Assembly (NCBI RefSeq): GCF_009914755.1
Contig: NC_060932.1
DNA from: the human T2T-CHM13v2.0 reference genome, Homo sapiens
Length of the DNA stretch: 64,000 nucleotides
Direction: 5' to 3' (one strand)
Part shown: piece by piece, positions 11,001 to 24,445 of the stretch
Position numbering within the stretch: position 1 is the first letter of the stretch
Layout: each line of letters starts with the position of its first letter
Position numbers and translations under genes: made by a program
The notes under the pieces: model-generated
What the model saw: only the letters and a program-made list of their open reading frames with translations
Database searches by the model: none
Told to the model about the DNA's origin: nothing

Positions 11001-11691
11001 TGATTTTTTGAAGGGTTTTTTGGGTCTCTATCTCCTTCAGTTCTGCTCGGATCTTAGTTATTTCTTGCCTTCTGCTAGCTTTTGAATGTGTTTGCTCTTG
11101 CTTCTCTCATCCTTTTAATGGTGATGTTAGGGTATGCATTTTTGATCTTTCCTGCTTTCCCTTGTGGGCATTTAGTGCTATAAATTTCCCTCTACACACT
11201 GCTTTAAATGTGTCCCAGAGATTCTGGTATGTTGTGTCTTTGTTCTCATTGCTTTCAGAGAATATCTTTATTTCTGCCTTCATTTCGTTATGTACCCAGT
11301 ACTCATTCAGGAACAGCTTGTCCGGTTTCCATGCAGTTGTGCGGTTTTGAGTGAGTTTCTCAATCCTGAGGTCTAGTGTGATTGCAATGTGGTCTGAGAG
11401 ACCGTTTGTAATAATTTCTGTTATTTTACTTTTACTGAGGAGTGCTTTACTTCCAACTATGTGGTCAATGTGGAAATAAGTGTGATGTGGTGCTGAGAAG
11501 AATGTATATTCTGTTGATTTGGGGTGGAGCGTTCTGTAGATGTCTCCTAGGTCCGCTTGGTGCAGAGCTGAGCTCAATTCCCGGATATCCTTTTTTAACT
11601 TTCTGTCTCGTTGGTGTGTCTAATGTTGACAGTGGGGTGTTAAGTTTGCCATTATTATTATTATTACTATGTGGGAGTCTAAGTCTCTTTT
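8018..11691 (-). mobile_element. 5'-truncated L1PA (ORF2 from within the EN domain through the 3'UTR, disrupted), unit 1
   Basis: ORF2 fragments ([38 protein letters not shown]); L1PA 3' end and decayed poly(A) at ~8018-8036; TSD GATCACACTTT at 8007-8017 and 11692-11702 with a CTTT/AA endonuclease site. Confidence 0.97.
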
Positions 11692-11825
11692 GATCACACT
11701 TTAAAGACCAAAAGGTAGAAGCGCAAAGACGTTATCTGTCCAATATTACAAACCTAGTAAGTGGTGGAATTTGGCCTTGAACCCAGATCTGTAACTCCAG
11801 AGCCGAAGTGCTTCACCCACCTCCC
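11692..11825 (-). mobile_element. MIR, right half, split by the L1PA insertion (all full units)
   Basis: ctagtaagtggtggaatttggccttgaacccagatctgtaactccagagcc matches the reverse complement of MIR. Confidence 0.7.
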
Positions 11826-11938
11826 TGTGGTGCCTCTACAGAAAAAGAGGTAAGCAGGCATTCCGAAAGCTGGTGGGCCGGGGGGCTGGCCTTGTACTCA
11901 GAAGCCATGGAAGTCCCACGTGGGGTGGCTAGTGGTGT

Positions 11939-12140
11939 AAGGACAGAGGTCTCGGATGGGCAGAGGGATGTGGACAGGCGCGAGGGCGCGCGGCAGGGAC
12001 TCGGGGGACTGGGAGTGGCGGCTCGGGGCTGCGGGAGGCGATTGGTGGAAGGACAGAGGTCTGGGAGGGGCAGAGGGATGTGGACAGGCCCGAGGGGCCG
12101 CGGCAGGGATTCCGGGGGACCGGGAGTGGGGGGTTGGGGT
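11939..12140. repeat. ~2 x 110-bp G-rich tandem duplication downstream of each REXO1L stop (also 24129, 36319, 48508, 60700)
   Basis: aaggacagaggtct...ggcagagggatgtggacagg... starts at 11939 and again at 12049; dense GGG runs on the + strand. Confidence 0.9.
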
Positions 12141-12255
12141 TACTCTTGGCTTTTTGCCCTCTCCTGCCGCCGGCTGCTCCAGTTTCTTTCGCTTTGCGGC
12201 GAGGTGGGCAGGGTGAGCTCTCGGGACTGATGGCGGTTTTGGAAGAGGCCTGGGG

Positions 12256-14283
12256 CTAAGGACAGGCCAGGGCGGCGGGAGAGGCGGACCGGTGGCGTGG
12301 CTGGATCTGGGCGCGCTGTCGGACCTTCCACATCACCAGCTGCAGGCAGGCGTTTGCGTCCTCGCTGGAGTTGTGGCCGTCCTGGCTGTCCTGGATGATC
12401 TGTGCCAGGTAGTCGGCCGCGAGATTCCTGAGGGAGCGCTTGTAGGGGAAACCCAGGTAGTGCGGGAAGAGCACGGCCGTGTCCACCACGGTGCTGTGGA
12501 TGAGCTTCAGGGCCAGCAGGTCGCTCTCCAGGCTGTGCCCGATGAGGATGGTTTGGGCGCTGAAAAAGCTCAGCAGGATGGCTTGGACTTGGGGCAACGT
12601 GATGCTCGTCTTGGCGACGTCGGCCTCGGTGACTCCGGAAAACCTGGTGTTGTAGTCCACGATCTCGTTGTCGGGCTTGACGAAGGTGTCGTACACCACT
12701 CGCATGTCGGCGTCCACCACGGTGACGCGGGTCAGCTCTAGGCCATGCGTGGTGTAGCACATCTCACAGTCCAAGGCGTAGATTCCTGGATAAGCGTCTC
12801 TGGACAACTCTTTCTTGAAGGTCTCCACGAAGCCATCGAGGCTCTCCTTGCGGCCGTCCCGCACGTGCTGCTTTGCCACCTGGCAGCCCACAGAGCCAGG
12901 AGCAGCTGCACAGCAGGTGTACTGGCTAACCCGGCCTCCAGCCACCTGGCTCGAGCGGACCCGCCCCCAGTGATAATAACACAACTGGTCGCGTACACAG
13001 CGGCCCGAGGAGGACACCAGGTACTCGGTGCCACAACGGCAGCAGACCCTGCAGGAGGAGTCGCCGGGCCCCTTCCCCTGGCCAGTGAAGAGGACGGCGC
13101 CTCCGGGCCGCTCGGGGTGCGGGAAGGGGTAGCCGTTCTCCTTGAGCTGGTCCTGGGTGAGCAGGAACTCCTGGAGGCGGCTGTACAGGGCGGCCCTGCT
13201 GAGGCCGGGCATGGAGCTGGGGGTCAGGCCCTTCAGTCTCTTGAGGGTGTTCAGGACCACGTTCAGGTACCTGTTCTTGTTGGGGCTGCAGTCGTAGGCC
13301 ACCTTCTCCTCGTTCAGCGCCTTCTCCTCGGCCTCCTGCTTGGAGGCGCAGAACTTGAGACACTCTTCGGTGAACAGTTGGAGATAGCCTCGGCGGAGGA
13401 CGGTGGGGACTTGGCACCCAGAGCTTCGGAGGATAATGGGTTTCTTCAAACTCAAACTCGGTAAGGATGCACGACGGACGATTCGCTTAGAGCTGGTGGT
13501 GGCGGTGGTCTTGCATGCCATCCCTGACCTGTTGCGCGTCTTCCCTGGCTGTCTGCCGACCTTGGAGCCACGGGAGCGTTGGCTGCTGCTGGCCACCCGG
13601 GTTCTCTTGGCATCTGTGTAACCTGTGACCAAGCAAGGGCTGGAAGAGTGGGCGATCGTCTTCCTCTTCCTGGGGGCTGAGATGCGGACTCCCGAGGGCC
13701 TCTCTGTCAGCCTTGGGGCGGCTGGCAAGCGGCAGGCCGATCCCCTCTGCGCAGGGAAGTAGCACGACTCCGTCACCATCTTGGGCCACGCTGGGGGCAC
13801 CGCCGGACCCCTGTTCTGGGGCTCCGCCTGGATGTCCACAAATGCTGAGGCCTGCTTGTGCATCTGGGGCACCCAGAGCCCGAAGCTCTGGGCAGGCTGA
13901 TGAGAGGGCAGTGGGAATTCTGGAGCCTCGAGGGCCGCCTCCTCGGCCACCTTCTTAGCTTCTGGGTATCCAGGTGGGAACCAGCAGGGAGCTGTGGCTC
14001 GCAACATCTTGCTGCCTTCGGGAGCACCGGCCGGGCTCTGCTCCGCTCCCAAATGGCGGCTTGCCTCCGGGGCCGCCTCCTCGGCCACCTTCTTAGCTTC
14101 TGGGTATCCAGGGCGGAACCAGCAGGGAGCTGTGGCTCGCAACATCTTGCTGCCTTCGGGAGCACCGGCCTGGCTCTGCTCCCCTCCCAAATGGCGGCTT
14201 GCCTCCAGGGCCGCCTCCTCGGCCACCTTCTTAGCTTCTGGGTATCCAGGGGGGAACCAGCAGGGAGCTGTGGCTCGCAACAT
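12256..14283 (-). CDS. REXO1L1P: REXO1-like (GOR) exonuclease, 675 aa, copy 2
   Basis: Intact ORF; differs from copy 1 by K>E in the second 46-aa repeat (VAEEAAPEA, nt ~14082). Confidence 0.93.
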   Translation of the reverse strand: MLRATAPCWFPPGYPEAKKVAEEAALEASRHLGGEQSQAGAPEGSKMLRATAPCWFRPGYPEAKKVAEEAAPEASRHLGAEQSPAGAPEGSKMLRATAPCWFPPGYPEAKKVAEEAALEAPEFPLPSHQPAQSFGLWVPQMHKQASAFVDIQAEPQNRGPAVPPAWPKMVTESCYFPAQRGSACRLPAAPRLTERPSGVRISAPRKRKTIAHSSSPCLVTGYTDAKRTRVASSSQRSRGSKVGRQPGKTRNRSGMACKTTATTSSKRIVRRASLPSLSLKKPIILRSSGCQVPTVLRRGYLQLFTEECLKFCASKQEAEEKALNEEKVAYDCSPNKNRYLNVVLNTLKRLKGLTPSSMPGLSRAALYSRLQEFLLTQDQLKENGYPFPHPERPGGAVLFTGQGKGPGDSSCRVCCRCGTEYLVSSSGRCVRDQLCYYHWGRVRSSQVAGGRVSQYTCCAAAPGSVGCQVAKQHVRDGRKESLDGFVETFKKELSRDAYPGIYALDCEMCYTTHGLELTRVTVVDADMRVVYDTFVKPDNEIVDYNTRFSGVTEADVAKTSITLPQVQAILLSFFSAQTILIGHSLESDLLALKLIHSTVVDTAVLFPHYLGFPYKRSLRNLAADYLAQIIQDSQDGHNSSEDANACLQLVMWKVRQRAQIQPRHRSASPAALACP

Positions 14284-14338
14284 CTTGCTGCCTTCGGGAG
14301 CACCGGCCTGGCTCTGCTCCTCTCCCAACTGGCGGCTT
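13925..14338 (-). repeat. 3 x 138-bp repeat, copy 2
   Basis: Same as 1733-2146. Confidence 0.95.
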
Positions 14339-14341
14339 CAA

Positions 14342-14616
14342 TGAGTGCTGCGGCCGCCACTTGTCGCCTTTATATAGGCACAGGGCAGACTGGGTGGGAC
14401 TTCTCCTTGATAGGTTGGTGCTTCAGTCCAATCACACTGAGCCTCATCTTCCACCAGACTCCAGCTTGGGAATGCCTCAGGGGGTGCGCTAATGGAATCA
14501 ACTGGAACTCCCGGTTGCTAAACTTGGAGCTAGGTTGCTTTTCCTGAGTTAAGTAACTGTCCCTGCAGGGCAGTCCTATAATGGCTACTGGAATTGGGCT
14601 ACCTAGGATTAAATTA
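14342..14616 (-). promoter_or_regulatory. Putative promoter, copy 2
   Basis: TATA, CCAAT and DUX4-type motifs identical to unit 1. Confidence 0.7.
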
Positions 14617-14821
14617 AGGTTCAGGGAGGTTGGTCAACTTGCTTGGGCCCACACAGCACCCCTTGGAGCCAGGACTGGGCCAGCAGTCTGCTGCATGCTG
14701 GAGGGCGGGATCCCTCTGGGGCTGCCTTTCCCTGCTCTGTGCACTCCGCCGCTGCGGGCAAATTGAGGACAGGAAGCGGACCGCACCCACTTCTCTCCCA
14801 GGACTTGGGCAATGTTCAACA

Positions 14822-15710
14822 CAGGTGGTCTTCCAAAGGTTCATAGAAAATGCACATGGTGAAGAAACTATGCATGGATTTCCACTGGTGTGCACTAAAA
14901 TAAACTTGTCCTAACTTCTGATAACCTTTCTGAACTAGATCTAGTTTGAGGCACTAAGAAGGATGAGACATCCACTGAAAAGGACTCCCATCAGAGCAAC
15001 ATGAATTCCACGAAAATTGCAGCAAGAGGAAACATCAAATTTATGGTGAAGCTTGGGTGGAAGATTGAAGAAATCATTGACGTTTTAAGAAAAGCTTGTA
15101 AGGACACTACCCCAAAGAAATGAACTCTTTACGAATGTATAGCTTGTTTCAAGAAGAGGTGAGAAGATGTGGAAGATGAATCCTGCAGTGGCTGTGAAAA
15201 CCACTGTGCCCAGATGAGCTGCAGTTACGACGAGAGCTATCAGTGGAAATTTTAAACAGGAGGGATCACGATCCTGACTCATCCCTCTGACAAATTGTAA
15301 GCGGCAGTTGGAACATGGCTTCACCAATATGATCGCCAAGGCAAAGCATCATGAAAGCGATGGCTACCAAGAGGTGGCAGTGGTCCAGTCAAAGGAAAAG
15401 GAGGCCAGTCAGGAGCCCACATCATGGCATCAGTGTTTTGGGACACTCAAGGCATTTTGCTTGTTGACTTTCTGAAAGGCCAAACATCTGCTTATTAGGA
15501 GAGTGTTCTGAGAAGCTTAGATAAAGCTTTGGTAGAAACATGCTGGGAAAGTCTCACTAGATCCTTGTTCACCACATCAATGCTCTGCTCATTCCTCTCA
15601 TCAAACAAGGGCAATTTTGTCAGTTTCAATGGGCAGTCCTTAGGAATTCACCTTACGGGCTGCTTTCATTCCTTCTAAATTCTTTTTGTTTCCTAATGAT
15701 AAAAAGTCTC
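14822..15710 (+). mobile_element. HSMAR2 remnant, unit 2
   Basis: Copy of 2630-3518. Confidence 0.88.
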
Positions 15711-18148
15711 CTTGCCTTGCTTGGAAAGATGAGAGAAAGTCTCCTTGCCTTGTTTGGACAGATGAGAGATGAGATCCTCCTCTTCTCTCCCAGGACAGAA
15801 TGGTGAGACTTGAGTTTCCTTTCTCCTCACTCTTCTCCTCCTTGAGGGAGCTGCTGTGCCGGACAGACCTGCCCCCGTGTCTAGACACTGGTAGACTCGT
15901 TTAAGTTCCTCACAGGCAATCCTCCATGGGGTCAAAGTGGAAGGACTTATTTCTTCAGGGCTCAGTAGTCCACATCCTGGCGCGCACCTTCACCAGCCCA
16001 GGGCGGGGTAGAGGAGGGTGAAAGGGCGTGGCTCAGAGCCCGCTTCTTCCGCTCGGGCGTATCCTGGGAGGAACCCTTGTCCGGTGAGCATGTCTTCGTC
16101 TCTACCAAATTCCCTAGTGGGACATTTCTGGCAGCCCTACTTGTTCAGCAGCTTACGGGGGTCAGGTGGACCTCTGCTAGTCACCAGCCTGAAGCCCTTT
16201 CTCCATTTCAGCTATTTTGGCAGTTGCCTAGGTGACTTTTGAACCTCATTATCCAGAACAGCAAACGGACGAGGGGTGAGAAGAGTGGCCGTCTGGGTTT
16301 GCAGCATAGTGCTGCCTTCTAGGAGTTGTGCAGTCTTCGATTGTGTGAAACTTCACCTGGCTGATTTGTGGCAATGCCTCCACAAATTCGCTAAATTCAG
16401 TAGCTTTTGCCTTCCAAGATTCATTTACACAATGTTGAATGCTTTAAAGGAATGAGCATGAAGAGTGCTGGGCTGGAAAGTGATGAGATGGGTGGTAGGG
16501 ACTCCTCGGAGTAGAGGAGTAGAGTTTTACTATTATGACTAGGAGGCAAATAAAAAGAAGCTGAACGTGATCCATAATAAAAGAAGCACACACTCACAGA
16601 GCTCCATACCAACTACATTAAAATGGAAATCATGATATTTGGAAATACAACTTAATTGGAAATCATTAAGTAATCTCATCAACCTTTTTACAGTGGGTGG
16701 CAGGGCTATGGAGGGAAAACAGCAATGGTTCTGGCACCTACTTAACTTGATTCCATTAAATTCACCCAACAGGCCTCCAGAGAAGATATTACTGCTTTGA
16801 TATTACAAAGGGAAAAACAGCTATGGCGTCTCTGAAAAGCGCAACGTGCTAGGACTGGAATGACTTTAAAACCACACATAAATTTCTGAGAGATTTTTGC
16901 CATAAGGTACCATCCACCTTACTGTAAACCACATCCTAAAATTGTCTGCAGTGCAAATGGATTATGTGCATCCAACAGGAAACAGCATAGGTTGAGAAGC
17001 TGTTACTTAATAGCTTCATTGTCACCACGAGTGTAAAGTGTGGGGTCTCATCACTTTTGCACCCACGTTTTGCCTGTTGGTTTCTCCACACTGTCAGGAG
17101 CATTTGACCAACTCACTGTGGCTCAGGGTCCCTTACGCAGCCTGTTGGGGAAACCAGTGGGTATTGAAGACCTGCCTCTGGTGTGCCAGGAGGTTGTGCC
17201 TGCCGGCCACTCTGACTTGCGATCTTCCGCCTCAGTGTATGGCTTCCTACACCTGGGTAATTAACATTGCCAGCATGATAAGGAGGTCCTTTCATCACTA
17301 TTGCCACTAGTCCTTCCGACTCCTGTGCCCTGTTTCTCCTTTATTGGAACCCAAGAACGAGTAAACATAGCATTTTCAAACATCCCGCCCCCTTCCCTGG
17401 TAACACCAATATTCCACCATCCTAATTCCCTCACAAGCATTCAGTCTCTCCACCCTGAGGTGGTGAAATCCCTGCAGGCATTTATAAGTATACCTGGACA
17501 GAAGAAATACAAGATACCGTTCTATTAACTCAATGTAGTGTTGCTAAGTTCGTACTTTTGCTTGGTTTATTTTATTTTATAAATAGGTATCACTCGCATG
17601 GTTCCAAATGCGATAGGCACAGAGAGTATATATGATGGAATTACATCCTCCTTCCCTGCACTCAGCAACCGAGATCTTCCCGCTACGGGCACTCAAAGGT
17701 TTCATTGTCTGAAATATCAGCCTAAACGTAGTTTATGTTTAGGAAGCAACAACCGTAAATAGGCCCACATCCAAACGGAGTGGATTTAGGTTTCACTTTT
17801 TCAAGGAAAAACCATCAAAGAATTTTTCCACATACTTATAAACCATCCCACGTATAGAATCCATTTTTACTGACACAAATTTAGTACCAATAAACGACTC
17901 TTCTTCTCAATTTGTTTTATTTAACAATAAGTCTTGAACGTCATTCCCAGTTAACATTTTGAAGAGTTTCCTCTCTTTCGTTATGTTTTAGCTGCAAAGT
18001 ATTCTTCCGTAAGGATGAACGTACTATAATTTATTAGCCAGCCACTTAGTGATGTACAATTAAGCAGTTTTAAATCTTTGACTCTTGGAAATATTGTTTC
18101 TCACACATAAATATTTCTATAAAATAAATTAGTTGAATTAGAATTGTT

Positions 18149-18362
18149 GGAGTTCAAGACCAGCCTGGCCAACATGGTGAAACCCCATCTCTACTAGAAA
18201 CACAAAATTAGCCGGACATGCCGGTACATGCCTCTAATCTCAGGTGAGGCAGGAGAATCACTTCAACCTGGGAGGCAGAGGTTGTAGTGACTCGAAATCA
18301 AGCCACTGCACTCCAGCCTGGGCGACGCGAGCGAAACTCTGTCTAAAAAAACCAAAAAAAAT
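18149..18362 (+). mobile_element. Truncated Alu (AluS-like), unit 2
   Basis: Copy of 5957-6170. Confidence 0.92.
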
Positions 18363-18489
18363 TAAACATAAAAAGAAAAGCGGTACATATACCCAATAGA
18401 ACACAATTCAGCCTTAAAAAAGAAAGAAATCATCTCATTGGCAACACGAATGAGCCTAGAGGATGGTACACTGAGTGAAAGAAAGCAAA

Positions 18490-18807
18490 GGCCAGGCACG
18501 GTGGCTCATGCCTGTAATCCCAGTACTTTGGGAGGCCAAGGCAGGTGGAAGCGTTGAGCCCAGGAGTTGGAGATGAACCTGGGCAACATGGTGAAACCCC
18601 ATCTCTAAAAGAAACACAAAAATTAGCCAAGTGTGGCGTTGGACGCCTGTAGTCCTAGCTATTCAGGAGGCTGAAGCGGGAGGAACTCTCGACCCCGGGA
18701 GGTGGAGGCCGTGGTGAGTGAGCCGTGTTTGTGTCACTGTACTCCAGCCTGGGTGACAGACTGAGACCCTGTCTCAAAAAATAAATAATTACATAATAAA
18801 GATTTAA
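18490..18807 (+). mobile_element. Alu (AluJ-like) within L1M, unit 2
   Basis: Copy of 6298-6615. Confidence 0.93.
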
Positions 18808-20209
18808 AAAGCAAGCACAAAAAGACAAATACTGCATGATCTCACTTATATGTGCAATCTCAAACAATGCAACTCATAGCTGTAGAGAGCAGAACGGTGG
18901 TTACCCGAGGCAGGGGTCAGGGAGGGACTGGAGAGATGATAGTCTCATGATACAAAATTTCAGAGAGGAATGGTTCTAGAGATCTATTGAACAGCCTGGC
19001 ATCTACAGTGTATAAGTATGTATTGTATACTTGAAAATTGCTATAAGAGTAGATTTTAGACATGTCCTCATCACATTAAAATCAGTATGTGAGGAAACGA
19101 GTGTGTTAATTAGCTTGATTTTGTCATTCCACAATGTATACACATATGAAACATCGTGTTGTAAGCCATAAATATATATAATTTTTATTTGTCAAGTTAA
19201 AATTAAAATTCATATAAATTATAAAAATAAAATGAAATAACATACACTACAAAAGACGTTTATTTATTAAATCCCCACAGAAGGGGTCTAAGTGATAAAG
19301 GAAAATAAAATTCCGGGAACGGTAAAATCAATCAGAAATGCCCTACTTCAGTGCTTTCCGAAATTTGTCTGACAGAGTGGAAATCCAGTTTTTCACTAAG
19401 TCACTGTTCTGGAACAGTTTGTGTGTGTGTATGTATGTGTGTGAGGGCTCACATACACAAATTGAACTAATGGAAGTGTAAGCATTCAAATTATCAGTTT
19501 AATTTAGTTCTATACATATACACACACACACACTCACACACCGAAAACATTGATAAAATCAGCCATTCCAGCAAAACTAGCTACTTAGTGTCTATCTCTC
19601 CTTGAAGATTCAAACTAGAAATGAGGATTTAGAGAGGCATGATGGTTCGTTCTCTCTTGGAGCCCAGTTCGAAGTTGACTGACTGATTCAGTCATTGTAA
19701 TTGGTTGGTCTTGGGGAAGAATCCACTTTGACTCTTGGGAAGTCAGCTAGGTCAGCGGACAGAGCAGGGGCTCTGGAGCCAGACTGCCTGCACCCGACTT
19801 CTAGCTATGATACCTTGGATAAACTACTTATCACCTGGGCTTCAGGTTCCTCATCTGTAAAATGGGGATAAGAATGCTATCTCTCTCACAACTATTAGGA
19901 GGACTGACTGGGTTAATACTTGCAAAGTACCAAGTACATAAGAAACCAACAGCCAGTGCTCATTACAATCATTATTATTTTGGGCAAGTTAAGCCGCATG
20001 GTTTCTTTAGGTATAAAATTAGGCTTTATTTACCTACCTGTTGGGTTGTTCCAAGGATTAATCACATAGTGTTCATGAATTCCCTTTATAAACTATTATA
20101 CAAAAGAACTATAGTTAACATTAATTGAACACCTACTATGTGCGATCGTTTTAAGGCGTGCCATGTGCTGCTTCATTCAGTCCGCACCATGACATTAGGA
20201 TCACACTTT

Positions 20210-23881
<3,672 letters not shown>

Positions 23882-24445
23882 GATCACACTTTAAAGACCA
23901 AAAGGTAGAAGCGCAAAGACGTTATCTGTCCAATATTACAAACCTAGTAAGTGGTGGAATTTGGCCTTGAACCCAGATCTGTAACTCCAGAGCCGAAGTG
24001 CTTCACCCACCTCCCTGTGGTGCCTCTACAGAAAAAGAGGTAAGCAGGCATTCCGAAAGCTGGTGGGCCGGGGGGCTGGCCTTGTACTCAGAAGCCATGG
24101 AAGTCCCACGTGGGGTGGCTAGTGGTGTAAGGACAGAGGTCTCGGATGGGCAGAGGGATTTGGACAGGCGCGAGGGCGCGCGGCAGGGACTCGGGGGACT
24201 GGGAGTGGCGGCTCGGGGCTGCGGGAGGCGATTGGTGGAAGGACAGAGGTCTGGGAGGGGCAGAGGGATGTGGACAGGCCCGAGGGGCCGCGGCAGGGAT
24301 TCCGGGGGACCGGGAGTGGGGGGTTGGGGTTACTCTTGGCTTTTTGCCCTCTCCTGCCGCCGGCTGCTCCAGTTTCTTTCGCTTTGCGGCGAGGTGGGCA
24401 GGGTGAGCTCTCGGGACTGATGGCGGTTTTGGAAGAGGCCTGGGG

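Noticed and set aside
8235-11577. Reverse transcriptase and endonuclease ORFs as part of an RT-nuclease system with the exonuclease
   Set aside because: They are frameshifted fragments of one 5'-truncated L1 ORF2 (FADD motif changed to FVDD, no promoter, no ORF1)
11651-11667. (ATT)5 microsatellite
   Set aside because: Small slippage expansion of the native L1 ORF2 ATAATAAT sequence; invariant among units
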